The notes below the pieces were generated by a model. The model did no database searches. It saw nothing but the letters and a program-made list of their open reading frames with translations, and was not told the origin of the DNA. The translations under genes were made by a program, and so were the position numbers. This document shows positions 61,377 through 64,000 of a DNA stretch of 64,000 nt, piece after piece. The stretch comes from Phoronis australis (lineage: Eukaryota > Animalia > Phoronida), in the NCBI GenBank assembly GCA_002633005.1, contig NMRA01000062.1, forward strand, positions 729,981 to 793,980. Reading direction: 5' to 3'. Every line of letters begins with the position of its first letter. Position 1 is the first letter of the stretch.

Positions 61377-63544
61377 ATGGCTGCTCCCATGGAGTGTGAT
61401 GCCTGTATAATTCAAGGTTTATCAAACAGCACAAAATTGTGATGTCAGAGCCTAAAGAAGCTTAGGAAAGCTTCCTGACGAAAGCTGATTGACTGTGGAA
61501 CTCTGTAGATCAGTAGATCAAAAAGAAGAAGAGGTGTCACAAACGTTTGTGCAGAAAACAGCTGCATGCCCTGGTAGCCTACACAGTATACTGCTGAGTG
61601 CTATAGACTAGAATACCAAGTGTCAGACCAGAAAATTGAAAGGACATAGAACGGCATAGCAACGTTTCAAGGCACCAACAGTAGTACTAAAGCTGAAGTT
61701 GCTGAAAGTGATACAGATGTTATCCAAGATTTCCCAAGAAAATCAATCACTTCCAAAATCTGAAACACCCAATTAACCTGAACAAGATAGGAACATTCTG
61801 AAACATGAGTGCATCATTTGTTAGCAGGAAAAGTACATTATGGGCCACATTTCAAGAAAGAGAAAGAAGTATAGCTTTCAAAAACAGGTACGTGTTTTTT
61901 AAAAATACATCTTGGTGTTTTCCATGTGTGTTTCAGTATTATCACCAGTTGTTTTTTAACTTGTTCAGCCCCTTGGCTGCCTAGGCCTTAGACAATACTG
62001 CTGACCCAGTAGAGACGATGATCATACCATAGGTACTTCATATGCCGGATACTTTTCGGCAAATTATGTTCCTATAAGTTTAGAAGTACCGCGTAGAGAG
62101 ATGCCTCTGAGGAGGTCGTTAATGTTTTCATTTGTTCCCAGTTTAAACAAATACTCCTGCAATCCTGTTTTTCGAACACTCCATTCAGTTGCCACATCGA
62201 CACTGCTTGCGCTAAGGGATAATCCTATGGCGTTATACTGTGGGTGTGATTTTAAAGCACTTTAAGTCAAAAATTTTTGAGAAGGTTAAATGGAGTAGAT
62301 GGTTGCAAACAACATGCCCAAGTGGCCGTCATCCCCTGCCGTAGTCTCAATTTTTTGTAAACATTAATTACTTAGGTAGCTGCAATGATAATTAAATTAA
62401 AGTGCCTAAGTGGCCATCGTCGCCGTCGAAATTTGAGGACGATGGAAGCCACTGTCCATTTCGTCAAACGTCGATTACCTTAAGTGTAAATCGATTGACT
62501 ATGGTTTGAGCATCTGATTTAAAAAAATTAAATTTCAATCACTGCACTGGTATATCAGCTGATTTATTTTCAGTTGCATCAACTGATCTAATTATTAGAC
62601 GATCAACATTATTAGGCTACAGATCAGACGGCATGTAAATTTGTTAGGCTGGTGGTGGATCAGTTCCTGATAAGTCCGTCTGAAAAAGTTGCATGCCAAC
62701 TCACTCATAGTTGAATGTTAAATTAGTGTTAACAGTTCGGGTTTTTTTCAGTTGGACTTGTATCGCAAGCAACAGCTCAGTCCAGAGCCCTGAATATACA
62801 AATGAAATTCAAAGATAAAGACCTTGTGTCTTAGAAGCCAAGTACCACAGATCATCATGCTATAAAAAATAGAAAGACAACGATTGTGAAGAGTGACGAA
62901 TTCACAGTTTTCAGAGATGTTTTTCTACAGTTTTGTTTGGAGTTCATTGAATCGAAGCTTCTAACACAAGGAGATGTCATTTGCCTTTCAAAACTAAAGC
63001 AAGACTTTGAAGCTGTTCTTCAGAAAGCTGGTGTGCATGAAGTTATTTGGACAGGCAATCTTAAGAAATATTGTTGAAGCTACTCACTGTTGTAGTTTGT
63101 GCCCGACTAAGAGATACGAAAGTGAATTGAGGCTAGTGTTCAATAATTCACTTGCTGACTCTAATTAACACAGCCCATTATAACATATTTTGAATCAAAC
63201 GTTTGCCCAAATAGTGCCCGCCTCCAAGGAAGGACTTAGTGTTTGACCCTTCATTGCCTGCGAGCTAATCACCAGTGTGCAGTGCTGTACCCTCTCTAAT
63301 CGACCATTGTTGGTTCCTTGGCGGTGGAGCTTTGCAGTTAATATGTATGGCAATGACCGCATCTCCATTGACAGTACTAAACGTTGAACGCTGCAAGTGC
63401 AAAAAGAACATGTGTGCTGGGAAACTGAGTTTGTGCTGCAATGCTGGGTCAAACTGTACAGAAATGTGCAGCTGTGACAACTGTAGTAACATCAGCAACA
63501 CTGACTGCATAATATTGGATAGTTCTTTGACAAGTCAACCCTAA
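61377..63544 (+). pseudogene. Heavily decayed, internally deleted Academ(X)-like transposon ORF
   Basis: KDLV/(frameshift)LEAKYHRSSCYKK at about 62815-62870. C-terminal PSLIDHCW and Cys-rich RCKCKKNMCAGKLSLCCNAGSNCTEMCSCDNCSN at 63290-63495. Many stops. The family call rests on recalled motifs. Confidence 0.55.
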
Positions 63545-64000
63545 ATAGACCTCCAACCCCGTTATTTCCTTTTTTGTATCAAAAAGTTAATTTTATTTGT
63601 TGATTAAGTCTTAGAAAGTGCATACTTTGATCATTGTCATGAATTTGTCTCATACTGCTTGATAAACGCTGTCAGAATAATCTATTGTTTTCATACAGTC
63701 TTTGTGCACATTCACAGAGATCATTCAACTTCCGGTATATTGTTTTTGTACTATAACGTATTTCTGGTGCATAATGCAAACAAGCTGTATTTTACACCAT
63801 TAGTCAATGTTTTAGTCATTGAGGCACAAATTTTGCCCAGTCTCAAGTGTTTTGTGTTATTTTTTGTTGCCTGACAATGCCAGAATAACTTCCTAGTAAC
63901 ATTCAGACTTAGTTTGCATTTTTGCCACTAGGTGTCTCTTTACGTTTTTAAAATTTCACTGTTTACAATTAATTTACAATAGTGAAACGTGTAATGTGAG

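Overview
Eukaryotic (metazoan, probably marine invertebrate) genomic DNA with GT-AG introns and many non-autonomous transposons; there are no prokaryotic features or CRISPR arrays. (1) 2441-10028 (+): the last six coding exons of a group II PLP-dependent acidic amino acid decarboxylase (CSAD/GADL1/GAD family); its 5' exons lie upstream of the window. (2) About 11720-41598: a head-to-tail tandem duplication of about 15 kb with a readable junction at about 26740. Each copy carries an intronless minus-strand ORF (1262 aa and 1229 aa) encoding a Q/P/A/T-rich protein that is probably disordered, with SH3-ligand motifs and no transmembrane segment. The 1229-aa copy has two consensus ITAMs and many YxxI/V motifs. 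In the 1262-aa copy most of these tyrosines are absent or substituted and one ITIM-like motif remains. This candidate activating/attenuated pair of soluble adaptors is the most interesting signal in the window. (3) 42718-59552 (-): a three-coding-exon model (my own splice reading) of a 3239-aa Gly/Asp/Ser-rich protein with a 9.5-kb exon, about 29 x 38-aa repeats with a 798-bp higher-order period, and alternating basic-aromatic RRxS motifs. (4) Mobile DNA: a MITE family with CAG(G/T)GGCGGAT ends and 5-bp TSDs (five copies), a Kolobok-like TTAA element with a THAP remnant, Harbinger-like MITEs, a hAT transposase fragment, tRNA-derived SINEs, HINE-like elements and an Academ-like remnant. All calls were read by eye; no database searches were run.
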